This document shows positions 48,001 to 58,344 of a stretch of DNA of 64,000 nt, one piece after another. The translations under genes and the position numbers were made by a program. Origin of the DNA: Klebsormidium nitens. Its lineage: Eukaryota > Plantae > Klebsormidiophyceae. The stretch spans positions 186,001 to 250,000 of the forward strand of contig DF236956.1 in the NCBI GenBank assembly GCA_000708835.1. Direction: 5' to 3'. The notes below the pieces were generated by a model, which was not told the DNA's origin, made no database searches, and was given only the letters and a program-made list of their open reading frames with translations. Each line of letters starts with the position of its first letter. Within the stretch, counting starts at the first letter, position 1.

Positions 48001-49943
48001 AGTGGATATCAGCTTCTTTTTTTCCCTCCTATTTTGACAATTCAGTGACTCTTGAATTGATTCCGCTACGTTGTCTTCGAAGCGCAGTACGGTACAGAAT
48101 TGTCTTTTGCAAGGTTGGAGCTCTGAAGCTCATATCGGCTCTAGGTCTACTGAGTAAAAGCTTGCCACACCACTCGGATAAACGACCTTCGACATCCGAC
48201 AGGACGTCCTCATTATCCGCTGGATCCCATGTTTGACATTGAAGAACATCAGTTAAACTAGTCATCTTAGCCCAAAATAGTCCCAATGAGCGATCCAACA
48301 TCTGCATCCGCTGGATTTAGAAGGTCAATTCCGTCACGCTGACTCGCGTTCTTTCGCAGCATGGCGGATATTCACACCGCCTACCAGGAGTGTGTGAACG
48401 GCCACCCTTCCAGCCGGCCCGTAATTGAGATGACTATACCGTCTTCTCTCGACGCCACCATAGCACCTCTTGGTGAGCTCCTCAAAACGCCAGGCTGACG
48501 TCCTTCTCTATTCCCGGTCACCGGTATTGCTCCCGCATTGCTGTTTTTCAACATGTAACGATTATGTAAAGCGTGCCGTGAGTTCATTCAAAAATCCCCT
48601 TGCGCTGCAAACGTATCCTCAAGTGGGCGCCGTAAGCGTTCGTCCATCGATTCGGCAGCTTATTTCTGTGGAACTTTTTGCAAGTGAACAGCGGACTGGG
48701 CTCATTTCCTTTGTCTTCTTCTCCGAAATTTTCATTCTTCCATATCATTTGAGCGGCAGGATGCTGGGGAATGGCGCCGTCAAGCGACGATGAGCAGCTG
48801 GGAAGAAGAACGCTTTGCGTGAGCAGAGCGAGGATATCGCGGCTGAGACAATAAGTCACCACATACTGCCCAAGCCTGAAAACTATTTCTCACTGCGCAG
48901 GAAAGCACGTAATCAACTTATTCATCCAGTACACCCCGTATAAGCCCAAGGACTACAACTGGGATGAGCCGGGTCGTCGAGAGGCCTTCGCCCAGCGAGT
49001 GTTTTCCATTATCGACGAATATGCCCCCGGCTTCTCTGAGTCGATCATCGGGCAGGACATCTTGACACCACCGGACCTGGAGCGCCTGCTGAACCTTACG
49101 GGTGAGCCCCTGGTGTCAAAGTGGAAGCGGGTGGAACCGTCTGCTGTATTCGTTGCAGAGTCGGTCTAGAAACTTGTGAGGGTTATCTCGCGTTGGCGGG
49201 ACTTCACAGGGTCTCTCTCTTTCAGTTTTGAAAAGGGTGTCACAACAGCCGTTGCCATGCGAGGTCCCCGGCTTGACCTCAAGTTGCTGGTTCTGAGGAA
49301 GAGCGCAACATCTTTAGTAGACCATTTGCGCAGGACTCTCCGACCAAGCAAGATTTCGCACTTTCAAGACTCTGGTAGTGCCAGGACTCAAACCAACTTA
49401 AGAAACGAAAGGAATCCAGTTTCCGGCTCTGTTGTTCGTCGAACCCGCAATACTGTCATTGTGTGAAAATCTAATTCTTGCGTGGTCCAGTTTGCGGACG
49501 ATTCCCTGTTTTGATACATACTTCGCACTTCAGCTCTTTAAATATTGGTTCATAGACGCCAAAGTCTCGTAGAACGAAGTTTTGTCGTGGCTCACAGGGG
49601 TCTTCCTTGGAAAAATGGGCCTCGACTCCCTCTACTTTCTCCGGCAGGCCTCTTGTTCTCTTCACGGCGCGTTATTTTCACTCAAGCTTTTTGTTGTTCT
49701 CTTTCCTTGTGATTTCAGTGCGTAAATCCCTGAAACTCCTTTACCCTTAATGCAGGGGGAAACATCTTCCACGGATCAATGGGCCTCGACTCCCTCTACT
49801 TGCTCCGGCCAGTCCCTGGTTGGTCCAACTACTCCACCCCGGTCGCCGGCCTCTACCTGTGCGGCAGTGGAGCCCACCCCGGGGGAGGGGTCATGGGAGC
49901 CCCGGGCCGAAACGCTGCACTGACGGTTGTGAGAAACGGCTAA
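42026..49943 (+). CDS. PYROXD2: PYROXD2-like FAD-dependent oxidoreductase (phytoene-desaturase-related family), probably mitochondrial (590 aa)
   Basis: Exons 42026-42174, 42888-43088, 44421-44585, 45583-45865, 46468-46638, 47065-47250, 47721-47836, 48360-48472, 48901-49101, 49756-49943 (1773 nt, GT-AG, phases consistent). Motifs [23 protein letters not shown]...[15 protein letters not shown]...[20 protein letters not shown]-like [23 protein letters not shown]...[24 protein letters not shown]. Exon 1 ([31 protein letters not shown]) resembles a mitochondrial presequence and is the least certain exon. Confidence 0.92.
43745..44420 (+). repeat. tandem array of four degenerate copies of the PYROXD2 exon-3 acceptor region
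   Basis: Units of intron tail plus (GCAG)GGACCTAGATCTGCACC..CAC(G/A)GCCTGAAG. Exon-like parts start at 43782 (AG lost), 43975, 44133 and 44287; the functional exon starts at 44421. Spacings are 193, 158, 154 and 134 bp. Confidence 0.9.
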
Positions 49944-49983
49944 ATGTCCGGCGACAGCAGCACTCGGCTTTGGAGACAAAGCG

Positions 49984-50410
49984 GCGCCGGGCCTGTGCGG
50001 CAGCGGAGCTCACCCCGGGGAAGGGGTCTTTGGAGCCGCAGGCCGGAACGCTGCTTTGACGGTATTGAGAAACGGCTGAAAATTGGGCGACGCAGTAACT
50101 AGCTGCTGAGAAGAAGCGTGTGCGGCAGAGGAGCTCACCCCGGGGGAGTGGTCCTCGGAGCCGCAGGCCGGAACGCCACCCTGACGGTTCTAAGAAACGG
50201 CTGATTACCCGGCGATGGCAGCACTTCGCTTCGTCGTTCCAAAACGGAGAAAGAGCTGAACCGGGCCTCCGCGCCAGTGGGAGCCCACCTCGGGGGGTGG
50301 GCTCATGGAGCCCTGGTACGGAACGCGGCTCTGACACTTTCACGGAACGGCTCGAGGCTGCGCCGTGGAGCCGGAACGCTGCACTGACCCTTTTTACGGC
50401 ACGGCTGTAC
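49984..50410 (+). repeat. tandem degenerate copies of the PYROXD2 C-terminal coding segment in the 3' flank
   Basis: Copies of CTGTGCGGCAGYGGAGCYCACCCCGGG...GGCCGRAACGC...AGAAACGGCTRA with stops at 50077-79 and 50202-04, then more decayed copies to about 50355 and 50410. Confidence 0.9.
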
Positions 50411-52101
50411 CTGCGACTTACGCGCACGGATGATTTGGAACGGCTGAGTATGCGACGTGCGCAGCAACCAGATTATCGTTGTTTCGGTCAGGAAAAGAGC
50501 TCGTCCGAGCTCGAGACATCGTTGAGAATCGGGTTGGGTAACGGAGCTCTGCGCTGGAAGATGATCTGGAGGCAATCGGAGGGGCCGGGCTCTCGACCCG
50601 TCGACAAGTCCGTCGACGGCACAGCTGCCGCCGTCACAACTCCGGCAGATCGGTCGGCGTCACAGATGTGACAATTGCTCCAGGCCGTGAAGAAACCTTA
50701 GCGATACGCCGGCGCTACCAATGTAGTGTGTACAATTCGTGGGATTTGTTTTCAGAGGCCCGAGCTTTGGTCACGGCTTGCGAGTCTGGGGACGTCCAAG
50801 TCAGAAAACCGTCTCCGTAGCTGCCCTGGTTGTGGACGTTCGAACCGTCTCTGGCAAGCTCCGTTTCATGACGTCAGAGCCGGTTGAAAAGAAGCGGGGT
50901 AGTGGCACGGGTCAAAGTAGAGGAAGACTCAAAGCGGTCAAAGTTGCGGTTACGGCGCTCACATTATGCGGTTGACGCTTATATTGAGCTGACGAGGTGG
51001 CTGGCATTCCGGATTTCCTGGTCGGTGTTGACTTACAAACACTTTGTTGGTAGTTGTAGACTCCTCAACGGATGCTCGATAGCAAAAGATGGCTTCAGAA
51101 CACGGCTGATTGGCTGCAGGGCCCTGGCAAGCGGTCAGGTTCACAGATTGTTGCTTGAAACGAGGGACAGGAGCTGGCGCTTCAAGACATGCTTTGAGCT
51201 TTAGGAATGTACAGAAATAAACAATTCATATTTGGCAAGCTTAAGTTCCTGTCCTCTAAAAGAGCCTAGCTTTTGCCTGAACAATCGAGTTCAACAAGCT
51301 GGTATAAAAACGTGTTACCGTCGTCAGTGAGCTTCCTCTAGATATGGTAGACGTTACCTAGAAGTTTTGAGTTGTGATTCCCCGTTACGGTTTTCCAAAA
51401 TGCTGGACCCGTGGTCGACGATCTCAGCTATACTCAGTCGGCATCCTTTTCGCGTAACGTGCCGAGCTCACTGGGGCCACCTGCAAGTCGGATCAAAACT
51501 CGGTGATCATTGTACAGATTCAATCCCGTTAGGGATCTTGCGGCGTGATTGGACCATGCTCCGCCGCTACGCTAAGTGGCGATTCGCAAGCACGAGGTAT
51601 CGAAATGGAGCCTCCATATGCTTGCTGCCAAATATATGATTGCGAACCCTCCGTCTATTGAATGATGATTGCTCAAATGACGCGTTATTTGAGTTGCACA
51701 TGGGCGCCATGCGCCGCCACATTTGAAAAGTAATCAAATAAGGCAAAGTACGCTATCCAAAGTTAAGGACCGTACAACGTGCCTAGTTAGCTTATGCATG
51801 GCATATGGCGATTTAGTATACTCAACATTGGTTTTCACATGCAAGAATTCGTCACTCTTTGGCCAGGCTCCGTACGTACTGGCATGCATGTGCGGTATGC
51901 TAGTTTAAAAGGTATACCGGCATCAGAACTGTACGTACCGTACTATACCCATGACCCGGCGTTTCTACAGATTTAGATGTGCATACCTATATGCTGACAG
52001 TGAGAATGATTGCGTGGCTGGTGCGGCTGCCAGGCATCATAATAATATGCCCCAACAAGGGCGGCCGCGCGCGCCCGGCCGCCCGGCCAGGCCGCGATCA
52101 T

Positions 52102-52137
52102 CACGTGCATGACGTGACGTGACCCGTGACGTGACCG
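52102..52137. promoter_or_regulatory. cluster of G-box and TGACG motifs
   Basis: CACGTG 52102-07 and TGACG at 52110, 52115, 52127, within GC-rich sequence about 570-600 bp upstream of the 52707 ORF; TGACGTCA at 52697-52704. Function is inferred. Confidence 0.35.
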
Positions 52138-52706
52138 GCGACGAGTGCGACGGGGTTTATCCTAATTCATTACTGTCGACGGCCGGCCGCGCGGGCACAA
52201 GTGCTCGCGCCCGCGGCGGGCGCGTAACTTCTAGCGGCCTCTAGACCTTTCTAGAGCCTTCTAGACTCGATCTTCGAAAGTGTTCTGGCCCCATCCATGA
52301 CTCGTGGACTAGTCCTAACGAGCTATCTTTTCAGCTACAAAAGCAGAAGAGGCTCATCCAATTGCACCCGCATAAGCAGTAGTGACAAATTTCATTCTCG
52401 TGCAGCAATGGTCTCCGAAATTTCTGCAAGTCCCTTCTCACTTTGCTGAATATGAGGTTGTAGTGTTGCAGCCTGTCTGGCCTAGCAGGCCTTCCAAGTC
52501 TTTCTCGCTTTCGATCCGTCAGCAATTTTGGAGCCCACAAGTGGGTCGCCAGCTTAAGTTTTTGCAGATCTGGGAACCGCCAGTAAAGTGCAGTGAAGTA
52601 ATTAAGCTGCAAGAAGTGGTGTGAGTCGTCACAAGGAGCACAGTCACTGATGTTCCTAGCGTCAGTGATCTGAGCATTCAGCGCTTTAATCAGACGTGAC
52701 GTCAAT

Positions 52707-53195
52707 ATGGGCCAATACTGGTGGTGCGCTTTCTACTACGGTCGCCTGCTCAGCGCAGGTTCCCACACGCGCCTCCTCAACAGCGACCTGGTTAAGGCTA
52801 ACCCGGGCATCCTTGACCGATTCTTATGGAAATACCAGGTAGACCACCACAAGGGCTGGTGGATTCTTCACCTCCCCGGGCACTGTCAGAAAGTGGGTTT
52901 CGTTGACCCGGTTCTGGAACCTCGCGAGTTTGAGGCAGGGCGCGTGGAATGGTCGGAGGTAACCTGTGTCGCGGACAAGTGGGTTAACGACTTCGATTGC
53001 GAGGATATGAAGATGCTGAAGGAGCTCATTAGGGCTGCAGCGCCGCCGAGGTATGGGGAGAATAAGCTGCACCCCGTATGGTTTTTTTTCCAGGCCACGT
53101 GGTGGACTCTGGAGGCAGACAAAATGCATGAGCTGTTTGCAGAGGCAAACATTAAGGTGGTGGGCTGTCCCCACGAGTGTTACACAAAAGTTTGA
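52707..53195 (+). CDS. unknown-family protein, copy 1 (162 aa, single coding exon)
   Basis: Intact ATG-to-stop ORF, clearly homologous to the ORFs at 55210 and 57865 (YGRLLS..SHTRL...LVKANPGILD.FL, ILHLPGH, GRV.WS.V, EDMK.LK.LIRAAAP..YG...L.P.W..FQA, E.NIKV.GCP). Confidence 0.8.
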   Translation: MGQYWWCAFYYGRLLSAGSHTRLLNSDLVKANPGILDRFLWKYQVDHHKGWWILHLPGHCQKVGFVDPVLEPREFEAGRVEWSEVTCVADKWVNDFDCEDMKMLKELIRAAAPPRYGENKLHPVWFFFQATWWTLEADKMHELFAEANIKVVGCPHECYTKV

Positions 53196-54879
53196 AATCA
53201 TGACAGATGCTAGTTCTATTGTTCGGATCACAAGTGTAACCAGATCAAAACATAACCAGTTGCTTGAATGGATATAGGCAGCTTCAGGTGCGCCTTTCGA
53301 GGGGAGATATAAGCCTAGTTGTAAGAATCCTTTTGAACCTGGCACAGGAAGTTGATAAATATGGAGTAGAAAGGCGTAGAAAGGACCGCGAGTCTTTCTG
53401 CCTCGGTCCAAGAGTGCTTCGAATTCGTATGGCTGAACGGTACCTTACTGTGCATGTTCCCCGATGTATGAGAACGAAACAAAAACCGCACAATTCCTTC
53501 TAGTTTCCTTTTAAGCGAAAGAGGTTGCATCTGTGCTCACCGAGCGCTTCCAATGGAAGCAAAGCGGAATTTCCCCATTTAAAATGCAAGACTCGTCTCA
53601 AGTGGGCGTTCGTTTGCCGTCTGGGTGTTAGCCCGTTGTGCTGGTCGGGAGCATGTGACTTGTTACATCAATGTCAAGTTGACAGGCACCATGGACCAGG
53701 TACGCTTACTTCATAGTTGGAGACTTGGTGTTGAAGTGGCGCCGTGCTTATCTTCACGAAATATTCGACCAGCTTATCTTTTAGGCAATAGCTTGCAGAA
53801 GCTTAAGAGCGGCGAATGTGTAAGTCCTTCGGAGGGATGTGCCAATCAAACCTCAATTCACCTATTCGCCTTCCGTTATCTCCCCGCAATCTAAAGCAGG
53901 GATGCAGGCAGACGTTGCCGCAACGGATTCAGCCAACTTCTCGAGGCGAGGCCTTAGTTGGTTAGCATGAGAAAGTCTCGGAATTTGGCCTTACCCAAAA
54001 TGCCTAGCTACGTACGTCACGATCATCCTTTACTCGAGTCCTTCAACGGGCATTACAGTACATCCGTGCCACCTGTGTTTCAGGAACTTGTGCTTCGAGC
54101 ACAAGGGGTTGGGGCATAGATTCTACGATTTCAGTGCTGTCGTTCCGGACTGGTCTCGCCCTAGATGCTGGTAACCATATATGGAGTACTGGAGTACTCG
54201 AGCAAAGCGCGTATTTAGCTGCTGGCAATGCCACGTCGAAGGAACTTGCTTGAGCTTCTCTTGTCGAAGCCGCCCATAATCCACGATCAGACACTGTAGA
54301 GCTCGCAGCATGACGACCAGCGCGTTGGGGGCCCCTCGGTACTTGCACAACTTCAGGTCAATCTGTCAGCACATGACAGTGCTCACAGAAAATCACCACG
54401 ATTGTACAAGGGAAATCAGATCAGTCATTCAGATCCCACGGTACGTTCGAGGGCACATGTATAGGCAGAGCTGGGTGGGCAGATGTTCTTGAATGCCACT
54501 TATCAAATTCACACGGTCGTTTTTTCATCAGGAGCAGTAAGGCATACGGTATCCAGGAAAGGCAGAACGGCTCCTCCTGACTCCTCCCCCAGGCTTCTCA
54601 GCTGCCGCAAGGAGCACTTCCGAGAACAGGTCTAGGACCTAGTCGAACTCGCGGGCGCGAGCGCGCATGCGTTCGAGCCATCTGCAGATCTAGTGGAGCA
54701 TATTTGCGAGTCTGCAAGCGGGACACAACGCGACACAACTTCTGTAGAAGATGCGTTGCCACTCAGTGCACGGCCAATGCTTCTGCGGCCTCCGATAAGG
54801 ACGCCAGCGGAGCCTGCCGGCGGCAACATTAATTATCCGTCGTGCGGCGCGAGCGCGGCCGCCGCGGTCCAAAGAAAGC

Positions 54880-54914
54880 CACGTGCTGAGGTTTATACTA
54901 AACCCCAGCACGTG
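54880..54914. repeat. 35-bp near-perfect palindrome bounded by two G-boxes
   Basis: CACGTGCTGAGGTTTA-tac-TAAACCCCAGCACGTG: 16-bp arms, one mismatch. Confidence 0.85.
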
Positions 54915-55209
54915 ACGGACTGCACGGACGGTTGGCGGCGCCGGCGGGCGCGTACTACTCAGAATGGTTCTGAAGCCCACTCATATTTAGTGCGTGCTTG
55001 TTCAGGCAGCTTTCCAAGCTAGATTTGTTCTCTTTCGCTTTCACTTCGTCAACAAGAGGGAGGTCGCGGTCAAAAGAAGTTCGCAGGCCAGCTCAACATA
55101 AATACAATCTGGAGACTGCTAAGGGCAGAAAGAGCTTGAGGGCGTGGCTTGCCTCTTGTGTAAGGAACAACACCACTATTCAGCGGTTCTTGGAACGATA
55201 ACATCGACC

Positions 55210-55707
55210 ATGGGTTTTTACAACTGGTGCGCCCTGTTCTACGGCCGCCTGCTCAGCCAAGCTTCCCACACGCGCCTCGTCAGCAGCAACCTGGTTAAGG
55301 CTAACCCTGGCATTTTAGACCGGTTCCTGAGAAAAGATGTAGTGGGTCACAGTCAGGGGATGCGGATCCTTCACCTGCCAGGGCATTTTAACGACAACAT
55401 CAATCTCTACCTATTACCATACGAATTAAAAGAAGGGCGAGTGAAATGGTCGGACGTAAGCCGTGATGCGGAGAAGTGCGTTCAGGGATATAACCCGGAG
55501 GATATGAAGACACTGAAGAAGCTCATAAGGGCTGCGGCGCCGGCGGCTTATGGGGAGGATCAGCTGCGCCCCGGGTGGTATGTTTTCCAGGCCACGTCAG
55601 GGACTTTGGACTTTGAGAGTAAGCTGTCTGCAGAAGGAAACATCAAGGTGGAGGGCTGCCCTTATGAGTTCTATACAGATTTTGGATGTCAGAAGTGCCT
55701 ACAATAG
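55210..55707 (+). CDS. unknown-family protein, copy 2 (165 aa)
   Basis: The ATG at 55210 aligns with the paralogue starts (the ORF track extends upstream to 55144). Many synonymous differences from copy 3, e.g. GGC ATT TTA vs GGT ATA CTA. Confidence 0.82.
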   Translation: MGFYNWCALFYGRLLSQASHTRLVSSNLVKANPGILDRFLRKDVVGHSQGMRILHLPGHFNDNINLYLLPYELKEGRVKWSDVSRDAEKCVQGYNPEDMKTLKKLIRAAAPAAYGEDQLRPGWYVFQATSGTLDFESKLSAEGNIKVEGCPYEFYTDFGCQKCLQ

Positions 55708-56968
55708 AGTGCCGAACCTCAGTGATGCAGGTCTTACGAGGGCTGCTTTGGCAGTATGGCTTTTAAATAGCACAAAGGGACGAAAAAGTGGATGCCGGCC
55801 TTGCTTGGGGATTGGAAGCTCAAACGTCTGTAGGAGAAAGGAAGGAGCCGCGCAGCAGTCCTAGAACTCGTACAAGTAACATCGACCAGTATTTTGGTAG
55901 TTCAACGTTTCCTTCTTTCCCCCGTAAACCATGGTACGTCTGCTCTTGCCTTATAAACTATCCTATAATTGATTCTGGATCGGAAAGAACCATATCTAGA
56001 TCAGGGAGAGAGAACAAGAGAGGCCTTTCACGAGATCACATTGCATCAGCTAGGCGGCAATGTATCGACACGTACGTGCAGCTCTAGTGGCACATGTCAT
56101 GATGGTGCGCATCAATTATGGTTGATTCTCGCGAGATGTATAAGATTCTTTCCGGAGTAGGATTCGAAACCGTCTAATCTCGTCTCAGTCATGTCGTAAT
56201 TGGCACTGCACGTCTTGGACGATCGAGGGAACCTTCATGCACGTTGGATCGAATTAGCATTTCATGCAAAAGGGCATTCTTGCTAGCCCTGCTCGAAGAC
56301 ACCTGTCACTGAGTCGAGTCCGTCGCATGGGCGGACGGCGTTGCGTGTACATTCAAGAACCTTGGTAACATCTTAGCATTAGTGAAAATATTTCCATAAG
56401 CCGCTTGAGTGATTGGCCAGGGAAGACGCTCGATTCGCCAATCCCTTACTCTCGTTCTAGGGATACCATATCAGGGAATGCAGCGTTTGGCAGCAGCTAA
56501 CGTAGTGTGGAATCCAGATATCCTACGGTGACGTTGAGATAAAAACGGGTCGCCTCCTATATGTTCCTCAGCACCAATATGTATCTCCTGAGGCGCTTCC
56601 ACGTGCTCCAACTTGACATGGTGTATTCTGTAGGCCTCCCTTAATAAGCATCAGCTTCACTGCCTGTATCGCACGTCATGGCACTTCGGTCGCTAAAGCT
56701 TTCTGATCTACAACAGTTGCGACGTGGGCTACCGTGTGAAGTCAGCGAGCCAAGCTTGCTCAAGAACAGTATTCATTGGATCTCTATCCGAGCTCGCTCA
56801 TTACCTACCAAGGGCACACGTTCAGTCCACTTCACTTCAGTAACGATTCTTTCGAATGCGCATATATGGGTCCCTTGGAGACTTTTGAGCCTGCACAGTT
56901 TCGATCCAAGTCGACACGCTACTTTAATTTGGGACAGGTCCAATAACCATTCTATCACCGTCCTTCCA

Positions 56969-57034
56969 TCACGTACACGCTTGCTGGAACCTCCGCAAGA
57001 TAGCTCTTCCGGGCCTTCAACTTCTCCCAGTCTC
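56969..57034 (-). pseudogene. orphan, frameshifted copy of the GST last exon
   Basis: TTTTGCAG|GAG-ACTGGGAGAAGTTGAAGGCCCGGAAGAGCTATCTTGCGGAGGTTCCAGCAAGC aligns with GST exon 7 (59798-59736). It has a 1-nt deletion after the first codon and a 4-nt insertion before the stop; about 190 bp of the upstream intron is also copied. Confidence 0.85.
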
Positions 57035-57864
57035 CTGCAAAAATGTTTCCAGTCAGGCAAAGCCAGCACGCCTTTCAATCTATGTTGCTCCCCCAAGTGA
57101 TCTTAGACATGGCCGGCTGGGGACTCCTGTGATTCCAGCGCCCTTCTAGAGCTTCGTCAGGAACAGTAAAAGCGAGTTGAACGTACGGCTTTTCCAGACG
57201 TCGAGAATCCATGTCGCACAGGAGACCATATCCCGTATTTGTCAAGTGCCGCGAGAAACACTTCCGAGAACAAGCGTATGCGTTCCAGCGATTGAATGTA
57301 GTTATTGTGGGGCATATGTGCGAGTCGGCAAGCCGGACACAACGAAACACAAGTTCTGTACAGATGCTTCGCCACTGCGCGGCCACTGTTTCTGCCTCAT
57401 AAGGACGCCAGCCGAGCCTTGCGGCGGCAACGGACGGGTTTGCCATAAGCGTGTTCAATCCTTTGTGCGGCGCGGGCGCGGCCGCGCGCCGCGGGTCAAT
57501 GAAAGCTAGGTGCTGGGGTTTAGTACGGACCGACTGCACGGACGGTGGGCGGCCGCGCAGCTGTGCCGGCAGGCGGCCCGCCGTGGGCGCGTACTAACCC
57601 AGAACATTTCTGAAGCCTGTTCGGGTGTTTGTTCAGGCAGCTTTTCCAGCTAGGAATATTCTCTTTCGATTTTAGTTTCGTCAGCAGAAGCCCGAAGGCC
57701 GGGCGGGTCCAAAGCAGTTCGCGGGCCAAGTCTGTACGAAGACAATCTGGAGACTCAGCTAAATAATTGTAACTTGCTGAGAAAGCTTGAGGGAAGGGTG
57801 AATCCTCGTCTGGGAGTAACAAAGCCTACCTTTTTCAGCAATTCTTGCACCGATATCACCGACC

Positions 57865-58344
57865 ATGGGTATCTACAACTGGTGCGCCCTTTTCTACGGC
57901 CGCCTGCTCAGCCAAGCTTCCCACACGCGCCTCGTCAGCAGCGACCTGGTCAAGGCTAACCCTGGTATACTAGACGGTTTCCTAAAGAAAGAGTTGGTGG
58001 ACCACAGTCAGGGGATGCGGATCCTTCACCTCCCAGGGCATATCAAAAGAATGGGTTACGTGCTAGAACCACAAGAGATCAAGGAAGGGCGCGTGGAATG
58101 GTCGGAGGTAAGCCGTGACGCTGAGAAGTGGGTTAAGGAATATAACCCGGAGGATATGAAGACGCTGAAGAAGCTCATAAGGGCCGCGGCGCCGGCGGCT
58201 TATGGGAAGGATCAGCTGCGCCCCGGGTGGTATATCTTCCAGGCCAATTGGTCGACTTTGGACGTAGAAAACATGCACGAGATGAGTGCAGAGGCAAACA
58301 TAAAAGTGGAGGGCTGCCCTTATAAGTGCTACACAGAAGATTGA
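57865..58344 (+). CDS. unknown-family protein, copy 3 (159 aa)
   Basis: Intact ORF MGIYNWCALFYGRLLSQ...GCPYKCYTED, paralogous to copies 1 and 2. Confidence 0.82.
   Translation: MGIYNWCALFYGRLLSQASHTRLVSSDLVKANPGILDGFLKKELVDHSQGMRILHLPGHIKRMGYVLEPQEIKEGRVEWSEVSRDAEKWVKEYNPEDMKTLKKLIRAAAPAAYGKDQLRPGWYIFQANWSTLDVENMHEMSAEANIKVEGCPYKCYTED

Noticed and set aside
50739-51204. Plus-strand ORFs of 78 and 106 aa after PYROXD2
   Set aside because: Non-ATG starts, no recognisable motif and no convincing splice structure.
54690-57539. A divergent minus-strand gene (YRxCVxLCPACRLA; LALPDW, F-box-like) paired with each unknown ORF
   Set aside because: Frames contain stops and shifts that differ between units. 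The LALPDW segment is simply the intron/acceptor region of the GST last exon read in another frame, and the rest is explained by the segmental duplication.
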